In this document: in pieces, positions 10,388 through 19,358 of the stretch
Position numbering within the stretch: the stretch's first letter is position 1
Layout of the letters: each line of letters begins with the position of its first letter
Source of the DNA: Desulfosudaceae bacterium
GTDB lineage: Bacteria > Desulfobacterota > Desulfobacteria > Desulfobacterales > Desulfosudaceae
Assembly: GCA_963674745.2 (NCBI GenBank)
Contig: CAXXDV010000001.1
Coordinates: forward strand, 1,952,001 to 2,016,000
Length of the DNA stretch: 64,000 nucleotides
Direction: 5' to 3'
Position numbers and translations under genes: made by a program
The notes under the pieces: model-generated
The model's input: the letters and a program-made list of their open reading frames with translations, nothing else
The model's database searches: none
What the model was told of the DNA's origin: nothing

Positions 10388-12043
10388 CTAGGAATTGATA
10401 ATCTTTCTGGCAAATTCGTCGTTGGCGTCGGCCACGTGAGAAATGCCGGTTTCGCGGGCGGTTTCCCGGTTGGCGGCAAACAGGTCGTCGCGGGTGATCT
10501 GGTTCAGTGCGAACTTTCTGGCGCCGGCCATAAGCTGCTGCAGTCCGCAGGAAAGCTTGTCGGCCAAGGTGCAGAAGGCGATGGCGCCGTAAGGAATATT
10601 GGCCATTTCTTTTTTACCGATTTTCTTTTCCACGTCAAAGTAGGACGCGAAAATTTCTTCGGGTTTGCTGCCGAGGTTGGAAACCGTTTTGGGCAGCGCG
10701 TCCCAGTTGCCCCAGATTTTTTCTTTGCGTTCCGGATGCAGAGCCCCTTCGATGTTGGCGCCGAGGTAACCCGGAATCATGATGGCCCGACCCATGCAGA
10801 TCAGCTTGGTGTAAGGTGCGCCCAGGGCGATGGCCTTGAAAATATGGTCTTCTAAGGCAAAGCCGCCGGCAAAAGAAAGGTCAACCACGTCCGCGCCCTT
10901 GGCGGCCAGCATGGCGGCATATTCGTGGGCCTTGGCATGCAGATTGATCGAGGGCACCCCCCAGCTTTGCATCATATTCCAGGGGCTCATGCCGGTACCG
11001 CCGCCGGAACCGTCTATGGTCAGCAGGTCAAGTTCGGCATCGGTAGCGAATTTGATGGCCATGGCCAGTTCGGTCATGCCGTAGGAACCGGTTTTCAGGG
11101 AGATTCGTTTGAATCCCAGGCTGCGCAGATACTCAACGCTGCTCATGAAATCTTCCCGTACCTGATCGACGCTATCCATGTTGGTGCCTCCCAGGCGGCT
11201 GTGCCGTGCGAAAGATTTGATGGCGCCCTCTTTAAACGCTTTCTGGACTTCTTTTTTGGTCGGATCCGGGTCAACCACGTATCCCCGTTGTTTCAAAAAT
11301 TGAGCGTAATCCAGGCTGGTGACCTGAATTTCGCCGCCGATATCTTTAGCACCCTGGCCCCATTTGAGCTCGATGATGCATTGGTTGCCGTATTTTTCGG
11401 CCACGAATTCGGCTACACCGTTGCGGGTGTCTTCTACGTTCAGCTGAACGATGATGGCGCCGTAGCCTTTGTCGGCATAGCGCAGATAGCCGTTTATGCG
11501 GCGTTCCAGTTCCGGCGCGCTTTTGATTTTGCCTTTTTTTGCTTTGCCCGCGCTGATCTGGGATTTGCGGTCAACGCCCACCACGTTTTCGCCGATGACC
11601 ACCGGAATACCACACAGGGCGCCGCCGATGGCAAATGAATCCCAATATCTTTCAGCAATAAAGGTGGAGCCCAGCGCGCCGGTCATTAACGGCATGCGGA
11701 CCTTTGTTTTCATCTTTTTACCGAATTGAGATTCAATGCTGACATTGGGGAAAATACAGTCGTCCGGATCGTTGCTCAATCCTTTGGGAAGACCATGGGC
11801 GCCGTAAGCGTATCCCTGGATGCGAAGGGCGTTATAGGAAACACCCACATGCGTGGTATTGTTGGCGCCGGCGGTGACCATGCCGAAGTCCCTGGGATAG
11901 AGTAATTTCCGGCCGACCATGCTGGACAGCCATGTTTCGCATTTGCCCTGACAATCCGCCCGGCAGAGGGTGCATAAGCTGGATTCCGCCGGATTACCGC
12001 GATTGGTCGTTCCCAGGGCGTCGTTGTTTTTTGAAAATCTCAT
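10388..12043 (-). CDS. FMN-binding glutamate synthase family protein (stand-alone GltB FMN domain) with N-terminal Cys cluster
   Basis: ELKWGQGAKDIGG, SLKTG, TIDGSGGGTG, FAGG, KAIALGA, MGRA motifs; N-terminal CTLCRADCQGKC; GGAGG RBS. Confidence 0.88.
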   Translation of the reverse strand: MRFSKNNDALGTTNRGNPAESSLCTLCRADCQGKCETWLSSMVGRKLLYPRDFGMVTAGANNTTHVGVSYNALRIQGYAYGAHGLPKGLSNDPDDCIFPNVSIESQFGKKMKTKVRMPLMTGALGSTFIAERYWDSFAIGGALCGIPVVIGENVVGVDRKSQISAGKAKKGKIKSAPELERRINGYLRYADKGYGAIIVQLNVEDTRNGVAEFVAEKYGNQCIIELKWGQGAKDIGGEIQVTSLDYAQFLKQRGYVVDPDPTKKEVQKAFKEGAIKSFARHSRLGGTNMDSVDQVREDFMSSVEYLRSLGFKRISLKTGSYGMTELAMAIKFATDAELDLLTIDGSGGGTGMSPWNMMQSWGVPSINLHAKAHEYAAMLAAKGADVVDLSFAGGFALEDHIFKAIALGAPYTKLICMGRAIMIPGYLGANIEGALHPERKEKIWGNWDALPKTVSNLGSKPEEIFASYFDVEKKIGKKEMANIPYGAIAFCTLADKLSCGLQQLMAGARKFALNQITRDDLFAANRETARETGISHVADANDEFARKIINS

Positions 12044-12093
12044 TCTGGTTCCTCCATTTTTCAGTTAATAGGATCTGGTCTTTCTAGCTCCCC

Positions 12094-12147
12094 AAAAAAA
12101 AACGCCTGATTTCCGGCTGGCCTTCACCAGCCCCGGAAACAGACGTC
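12094..12147 (-). terminator. Intrinsic terminator in the leader of the glutamate-synthase-family gene
   Basis: Minus strand GACGTCTG-TTTCCGG-ggctggtgaaggccag-CCGGAAA-T-CAGGCGTT ending in a 9-U tract, about 50 nt before the start codon. Confidence 0.85.
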
Positions 12148-12181
12148 GTTGTCATTTTAATAAGGTCGCACGCCGTTGTGC
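12142..12181 (-). promoter_or_regulatory. ANTAR-binding dual-hairpin RNA motif
   Basis: Minus strand GCAC-AACGGC-GTGC, 14-nt linker, GAC-AACGAC-GTC: two 6-nt loops with A1/G4 and C-G closing pairs; the second hairpin overlaps the terminator 5' arm. Confidence 0.88.
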
Positions 12182-12440
12182 ATTCTTATTAAGTTATATT
12201 TAACAAACGGAAGCTATTTAAGCTGTACTGAAGTTTTTTGTCAAGAAAAAAGTTAGTTGGAATAATTGTTAATTCTGTCTGTATCTTGTAATGTGTTTGT
12301 AAGCAGATCTGAACAGTTAACATGGATATTCGGTGTTTTTTCGAGGAAACGGCTTTTGCAGGCTTCATAAAACTATTGGCTGGTTAACCCGGTCGCAGTA
12401 AATTTCGAAAAATGTCCGGGTTAAAAAACGGTGGTGAACA

Positions 12441-13745
12441 ATGAGTATTAAAAAGACAGCAGTGACCACAGGTATCGATGGCTTTGATCGGCTTCTGGGC
12501 GGCGGTGTTTTTATCGGAGATAATGTCGTCTGGTATGATGACGAGGGTATCCTGGCCGCGGTTTTTAATTTGAATTTGATCAAAGCTTCGACGGCAGATA
12601 AAAAATATATCATTTATGTCAGTTTTGACCGCAGCCTTAAAAATCTCTTGGAACGTCTGGGAACGCTGGCTGATTCACCTTATCTGATCATTTTGGATTG
12701 TTTTACCCATGGTCTGGGAGAATCCTCCGAGATTTTTCAGGATTTTTACAAGCAGGGAACAAAGGGCTGGAAGTGCCGGGTTGTTTGCGTCGAAGAACCG
12801 CAGAATATGGATGGTGTGGCCGAGGCGTTTTATGGCATTCACCGGACACTTTCCGGTGATGTGCGGTTTGTTTTTGAAAGCTTGACCGGTATGCAATCCT
12901 TGTGGGGCGGGGAAGACCGGATTTTAAAGTTTTATTCCAGCGCTTGTCCCCGATTGTATGAATTGAATACGATCGCATACTGGGTGGTGGAAAAGCGGGC
13001 ACATTCCGAACGATTGAAGGCGAATTTTAACAAAATTACACAGGTCGCTGTCGATTTGTCGATCAAGCGGGGAAAAACGTTTTTGTCGGTTGAAAAGGCC
13101 GAGCATCGTGATACCGGAATATTGAACAATCCTGTCGCTTATTGGAACAAGGGACTGGCGGTTAATCTGGATGACGGTCGTGCCGGATCGGGGCCGATTG
13201 ACCCGGGCCGGCGGATAAAAGACCTGCGGACCCAGCGTGGTATATCGCAGAATGATTTGGCCCGGCGGGTCGGCGTGACCCCAAGCAATATCTCGCAGAT
13301 TGAAAACAGCCTGATTTTTCCCTCCATCCCCATGCTGATCCGGCTGGCAGAGGTTTTTTCAGTGAGTATCAGCTACTTTTTTGACCAGGGCGGTTCCGAA
13401 AAGCCGGCCGTGGTGTTCCCCCAAGGGGAGTCCGTCGATGTCATATTGCCGGGTGGTGATGCGCGGCATGTCACCGCCCGGCAACTGCTGCCCAGTGGCG
13501 TTGACGCTCCGATTATGCCTTACCTGATTGAGGTGGCTCCGGGAAAGACACTGCCCGGCCATTTCTTTATTCATAAAAAAGAAGAAGCCGGATTTTTGCT
13601 TTCGGGCAAGCTGACCGTAACAATCGGCAATGAAAAGCTGAAAGTCAATGCGGGTGATTTTGTATTGCTGACGTCTGAATACCCTTCACAATGGAAAAAC
13701 AACGGTCGGGAGACGGCCCGTCTGCTGTGGATAATTCAGAAATAA
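12441..13745 (+). CDS. Transcriptional regulator: degenerate KaiC/RecA-like domain + XRE HTH + cupin
   Basis: TTGIDGFDRLLGGG KaiC/RadA-like start without Walker A; IKDLRTQRGISQNDLARRVGVTPSNISQIEN HTH; HKKEEAGFLLSGKL..GD cupin. Confidence 0.85.
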   Translation: MSIKKTAVTTGIDGFDRLLGGGVFIGDNVVWYDDEGILAAVFNLNLIKASTADKKYIIYVSFDRSLKNLLERLGTLADSPYLIILDCFTHGLGESSEIFQDFYKQGTKGWKCRVVCVEEPQNMDGVAEAFYGIHRTLSGDVRFVFESLTGMQSLWGGEDRILKFYSSACPRLYELNTIAYWVVEKRAHSERLKANFNKITQVAVDLSIKRGKTFLSVEKAEHRDTGILNNPVAYWNKGLAVNLDDGRAGSGPIDPGRRIKDLRTQRGISQNDLARRVGVTPSNISQIENSLIFPSIPMLIRLAEVFSVSISYFFDQGGSEKPAVVFPQGESVDVILPGGDARHVTARQLLPSGVDAPIMPYLIEVAPGKTLPGHFFIHKKEEAGFLLSGKLTVTIGNEKLKVNAGDFVLLTSEYPSQWKNNGRETARLLWIIQK

Positions 13746-13774
13746 TCCTGCCGAACACTTCTTTAAAGGTGCCC

Positions 13775-14491
13775 TTAATAAAGGTCTTCTGAAATCAGCA
13801 CGGCTTCGGCTACTTCGCGTAAGGGCTTACGATTATCCATGCTGCGTTTCCGGATCCAGCGGTAGGCCTCGTCAATTTCCATGCCCCGCTTGCGGACCAG
13901 CACTTCCTTGGCCCGTTCTATCAGTTTGCGGGTTTCAAGCTCTTCCCTGATAATTTTGGCGTCCAGGGCCAATTGGGTATTGTGGATGGCGATCGCGGCC
14001 TGATGGGCGACAGCGGTGATCAGGTTGACCTCGGTTTCCGAAAAGTCATGGTGCTCGGCCGTGAAACAGTTCAGTACGCCGATGACTTCATTGTTTTTAA
14101 TCCGCATGGGGATGCCGACCAGGGAGACCAGCCCCAGCTTTTCCGCCATGCTTTTTTCTTTGAAGCGGTTATCCTGCTTAACATCGGAGATAATAACCGG
14201 TGTTTTGTTTGTCGCCACATACCCGACCACGCCTTCGTTCATATCAAGGGTGCGGTCCTTGACGTATTCCGGGTCAATGGCCTGGGTGGCTTTCAAGCGG
14301 ATCTTTTTCCCGCTCTCCTCCTCTTCAATCATCCACAGTGAACAGATCTCGACACCGGTCACCTTGGCTGTGACCATGACGATGAGCTTGAGAATGTCCT
14401 CCAGGTACTTTTCCGAAGCGACAGCCCGGCTGATATCGGCCAGCGCCTTGAAGTATTTATCAATGTCCGGAGGGTTGGTGGTGTGTGGCAT
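13775..14491 (-). CDS. GAF + ANTAR domain RNA-binding antiterminator
   Basis: GAF (EGVVGYVA...SLVGIPM...IGVLN...F.ETEVNLITAVAHQAAIAI) then ANTAR LETRKLIERAKEVL...EAYRWIRKRSMDNRKPLREVAEAV. Confidence 0.92.
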   Translation of the reverse strand: MPHTTNPPDIDKYFKALADISRAVASEKYLEDILKLIVMVTAKVTGVEICSLWMIEEEESGKKIRLKATQAIDPEYVKDRTLDMNEGVVGYVATNKTPVIISDVKQDNRFKEKSMAEKLGLVSLVGIPMRIKNNEVIGVLNCFTAEHHDFSETEVNLITAVAHQAAIAIHNTQLALDAKIIREELETRKLIERAKEVLVRKRGMEIDEAYRWIRKRSMDNRKPLREVAEAVLISEDLY

Positions 14492-14679
14492 AAGTCTTTA
14501 TATCCTCGTTTTTAAGATTACCAAAATTTATTATAATCGACCTGATATGTCAACTGTCGACGCTACCGGCAATTGAATAGCCGCTTGTTTATTTGATGCT
14601 TATAGTGCTATAAAGAACCACGATGGGGGTATGTTTGAACGGATAAAACGGGGGCCCGGATTTCATAAAACGGATCAGG

Positions 14680-15621
14680 ATGATTTCAGCCATAAAACAG
14701 AATCCGGTGGTCGTCCCCGGGGCATTGAAGCCCGGTGACACCATTGGTATTGTCGCGCCGGCCAGTACTTTTGACCCGGAGCGTTTCGAACAGGGTATTG
14801 CGGTGTTGGAATCCCTGGGGTTTAAAACCGCTATACCCGAGGGCCTGTTTGAGAAAGAACGATATCTGGCCGGATCTGACGCCCATCGGGCCGATATGCT
14901 GAACCGGATGTTTGCGGATAAAGCCGTAAAAGCCATTATGTGTGCCAGGGGTGGATTCGGTTCCTTGAGAATACTCTCCCGGCTTGATTTTTCAGCCATC
15001 GGAGAGAACCCTAAAATTTTTGCCGGGTTCAGCGACATTACGGTTCTTTTATCCGTTATTTTTGAAAAAACAGGGCTGGTCACATATCATGCCCCGGTGA
15101 TTACCGCACTGGCGGATGCCGGCAGGAATACAGCGAAGGGCCTGGTTGCAGCCGTTATGTCGTCAAAAGCCCTTACGGTGAAGGCGGAAGCCGGTGTTGC
15201 CCTTGTGCCGGGACAGGCCAGAGGCGTTGTCCGCGGCGGCAACCTGGCTTCCCTGTGCCAGATGATGGGAACACCCTACCAGCCTGATTTTTCGGACAGC
15301 TTGCTGTTGCTGGAAGATATTAATGAAGCCCCCTACCGGATCGACCGCATGCTGTCCCAGATGCGGCTGGCCGGATGCCTGGACGGCGTTGCCGGCGTGA
15401 TGCTGGGACGCTTTGACCGGTGTGGGGAAACGCGAACGATAAACCGGATCGTTGAAAACAGCTTTCCTTCCGGGGTACCCATCCTGGGCGGGTTGCCGGT
15501 GGGACATAATGGTGATAACCTGACCCTGCCCCTGGGGTTGACCGCGACCCTGGACGCAGATAACGGTCTGCTGCAGTATCATATACCGCCGGTCTTGTCC
15601 GGCAACGGAAGCCATTTATGA
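14680..15621 (+). CDS. ldcA: LD-carboxypeptidase (peptidase S66, muramoyltetrapeptide carboxypeptidase-like)
   Basis: LKPGDTIGIVAPAS, ARGGFG, GFSDIT (catalytic Ser), GGNL, LLEDINE, PVGH. Confidence 0.9.
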   Translation: MISAIKQNPVVVPGALKPGDTIGIVAPASTFDPERFEQGIAVLESLGFKTAIPEGLFEKERYLAGSDAHRADMLNRMFADKAVKAIMCARGGFGSLRILSRLDFSAIGENPKIFAGFSDITVLLSVIFEKTGLVTYHAPVITALADAGRNTAKGLVAAVMSSKALTVKAEAGVALVPGQARGVVRGGNLASLCQMMGTPYQPDFSDSLLLLEDINEAPYRIDRMLSQMRLAGCLDGVAGVMLGRFDRCGETRTINRIVENSFPSGVPILGGLPVGHNGDNLTLPLGLTATLDADNGLLQYHIPPVLSGNGSHL

Positions 15622-16712
15622 AAGCGGTCCATCGCCTGATGCAGGAGGCCGTTTCCCGGGGCATTTTCCCGGGAGGGGTGCTGCATGTGCGGGTGCGGGG
15701 CCGGGACCTTTTTTGTGAGCCTTACGGTCAGGCGGATGTGTTGGCCGGTCAAGCCATGACCCGGGACACGGTTTTTGACCTGGCATCGCTGACCAAACCC
15801 CTGGCGACGGCGCCGGCTGTGTTGAAACTGGTCCAGGACGGTCTGGTACGCCTTGATGGTCCCATCGGAGACATCCTGCCGGAATTTCAGCACACCGATA
15901 AGTACGATATTACGCCGGCACAACTGCTGTCGCATACGTCCGGTTTGCCCGCCCATCGGGAATACTTTTCACCCCTGGCCGACCTTCCACGAAAGAAACG
16001 ACGCCAGGCCCTATTACGGTTGCTGGCCGGCCAAAGGCTGGAAAACGAACCCGGTAAAAACCAGGTCTACAGTGATCTCGGCTATATGATTCTAAGGTAT
16101 GTGGTCGAGGCCGTATCGCATAAACGACTGGATGCGTTTGTGAGCGATGCCCTGTACACACCGCTGGGTGTTGAAGGGCTTTTTTTTATCGATCTGGAAA
16201 ACGAAACAGGGTCGTTTACTGGCGTTAGACGGATACCGTTTGCCGCCACCGAGGATTGTCAACGCCGCCGGCGGCTGATCAAGGGTATGGTTCATGACGA
16301 CAATGCATACGAAGCCGGCGGGATTGACGGCCAGGCCGGCCTTTTTGGGACAACCACGGCGGTGGCCCGGTTTCTGGATGTCCTGCTGAACATTTATCGT
16401 GGTGAAACAGTTACGGATGTGCTGTCCCGCAAAACCGTCGAATTGATGCTGGTACCCCGTCCGGACACGGCCCGGACTTACGGGTTTGATACACCGGATA
16501 TGGAGGACTCAAGCGCCGGCAGCATGTTTTCGGCCGGATCCGTGGGGCACCTCGGGTTTACCGGCGTTTCCATGTGGCTGGATGTAAGCCGGGATATTAT
16601 GGTTCTTTTGTTCACCAACCGGATTCACCCCGACCGGAATAATGCAAAGATCAAAAAATTTCGGCCGTTGCTTCATGACGCCGTTATGGGCGAACTCGTC
16701 GGAAGAAGCTAA
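15618..16712 (+). CDS. Serine hydrolase, beta-lactamase/AmpC-like family
   Basis: FDLASLTK (SxxK), LLSHTSGLP, YSDLGY, VHDDNA, GHLGFTG; ATGA overlap with ldcA. Confidence 0.88.
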   Translation: MKAVHRLMQEAVSRGIFPGGVLHVRVRGRDLFCEPYGQADVLAGQAMTRDTVFDLASLTKPLATAPAVLKLVQDGLVRLDGPIGDILPEFQHTDKYDITPAQLLSHTSGLPAHREYFSPLADLPRKKRRQALLRLLAGQRLENEPGKNQVYSDLGYMILRYVVEAVSHKRLDAFVSDALYTPLGVEGLFFIDLENETGSFTGVRRIPFAATEDCQRRRRLIKGMVHDDNAYEAGGIDGQAGLFGTTTAVARFLDVLLNIYRGETVTDVLSRKTVELMLVPRPDTARTYGFDTPDMEDSSAGSMFSAGSVGHLGFTGVSMWLDVSRDIMVLLFTNRIHPDRNNAKIKKFRPLLHDAVMGELVGRS

Positions 16713-16904
16713 AAAACCGTTGTAATCAGGCCGTTTTTTTAAAATAATCGATGATTTTTCTTGTATGGCGGCTTTTTTATTGATACAAGTATGACCTGTT
16801 CGGGCTTTTTTTAACAACTTGTTTTTTTGTAATAATTTTTGATCGGGGGTAGTGACCGCTAAAACAAGCCGGCGGATTTTTATGCCCGGTCATATCTGCT
16901 ATAG

Positions 16905-17957
<1,053 letters not shown>

Positions 17958-17963
17958 TAAATT

Positions 17964-18803
17964 ATGTTTTCAAGAAGATTTTTAACTGTCGCTGCTGTAA
18001 TCGCTATATTATTCGTTATGCTGGTCTTCCTTGTATATACCAGCCGGCGAAGCACCTACCCTGTCCGTAGCGGCGCAACCGGTATCCTGATTGTGGCACC
18101 GATTCAGGACCTGTTTGTCAGCTCGGCCCGTTTTGTCAAGCAGGTCTGGTTCAATTATTTTTTTCTGATTTCAACAGCCGAAGAAAACAGGGCGTTGCAA
18201 GCCACGTTGCAACGGCTGACGGCGGAAAACAATCGTTGCAAAGAAATCGAACTGGCCAATCAGCGTCTTCGTGATCTGCTTAATTTTCAAAAAGAGTTTG
18301 ATATTCAAGTTTTCGCGGCGGAAGTTATCGCGCGTGATCCCTCCGGGTGGTTTAAGACGATCATTATTGATAAGGGGTCGACCGATGGCGTGCAGAAACG
18401 GATGCCGGTAGTCATCGCGGCCGGTGTCGTCGGTCAGGTCATTGACGTGTCGCTTTATTATTCCAAAGTGCTGCTGGTGATTGATAAAAACAGTGCGGTC
18501 GACGGATTGTGCCAGCGGACAAGAGCGCGCGGGGTTGTCAAAGGGGCTGATGATAATGATCAGTGTGATTTTATTTACGTGCTTCGAACCAGTGATGTGT
18601 CGGTCGGCGATACGATAATCTCTTCGGGCCTGGACGGAATTTATCCCAAAGGACTGCCGCTGGGACACGTTTCGGGGGTGGTCAAGAAAAATTACGGCAT
18701 GTTCCAAACGGTTGAAGTGGATCCTTTTGTCGATTTTGACAAACTGGAAGAGGTGCTGGTGGTATTGAATCAATCCAGGCATGATTTTACGGAGATTCAA
18801 TGA
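17964..18803 (+). CDS. mreC: Rod shape-determining protein MreC
   Basis: N-terminal TM, coiled coil, IDKGS.DGV, SSGLDGIYPKG; synteny. Confidence 0.93.
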   Translation: MFSRRFLTVAAVIAILFVMLVFLVYTSRRSTYPVRSGATGILIVAPIQDLFVSSARFVKQVWFNYFFLISTAEENRALQATLQRLTAENNRCKEIELANQRLRDLLNFQKEFDIQVFAAEVIARDPSGWFKTIIIDKGSTDGVQKRMPVVIAAGVVGQVIDVSLYYSKVLLVIDKNSAVDGLCQRTRARGVVKGADDNDQCDFIYVLRTSDVSVGDTIISSGLDGIYPKGLPLGHVSGVVKKNYGMFQTVEVDPFVDFDKLEEVLVVLNQSRHDFTEIQ

Positions 18804-19300
18804 TCTATTTTTTTTACCTGCTCACCGGCCTGGCACTGATCCTGTTCCAAACGCTGGTGGCCGGTTTTTTCCTGCCGGCCGGTCTGATATATGACTTATT
18901 GATTCCGCTGGTGATTTACCTGTCGCTTTTTCATAATAACGGAAAGTCACTGCTGATTATCATGTTTTTTGGAATTATCATGGATGATATTACCGGCGGC
19001 GCCATGGGCATTTATATGCTCACCTATTTCTGGATCTTTATAGGTATGCAACTGGCGGTCCATTTTTTTCAGAAAGACAGTCCCGTCTTGATGGTTGCTT
19101 CAGTTCTCCTGGGTGTTTGTCTGGAATACGGCTTTATTTTAACCGTCACCTGTTTGTCCGGAAAGGATTTGTCAATAGCGGCTGACATGGCGGGCAGAAT
19201 GCTGGGCCGTTTGGTAATAGCAGGGATTACCGGCCCTTTACTGCTGAGTACCTTAAAGTTTCTGTTTGAAGATAAAACGGCTGATCGGAATATTACATGA
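18800..19300 (+). CDS. mreD: Rod shape-determining protein MreD
   Basis: Small polytopic membrane protein between mreC and mrdA. Confidence 0.8.
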   Translation: MIYFFYLLTGLALILFQTLVAGFFLPAGLIYDLLIPLVIYLSLFHNNGKSLLIIMFFGIIMDDITGGAMGIYMLTYFWIFIGMQLAVHFFQKDSPVLMVASVLLGVCLEYGFILTVTCLSGKDLSIAADMAGRMLGRLVIAGITGPLLLSTLKFLFEDKTADRNIT

Positions 19301-19358
19301 TATTCCCGGGCAGGCAAGCATTCCAGATACATTATATCAACAGACGGGATGAGCCCCT

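Noticed and set aside
12441..13150. Circadian clock KaiC gene
   Set aside because: Only one degenerate domain without Walker A, fused to HTH-cupin; no kaiA or kaiB.
14567..14584. GG-N10-GC match on the minus strand upstream of the GAF-ANTAR gene as a sigma-54 promoter
   Set aside because: The -24 element (CGGCTA) is weak, and a TTGACA-17-TAAATT sigma-70 candidate lies closer to the gene.
15618..16712. Antibiotic-resistance beta-lactamase
   Set aside because: No signal peptide, and the housekeeping context with ldcA and mre genes fits a peptidoglycan-related serine hydrolase better.
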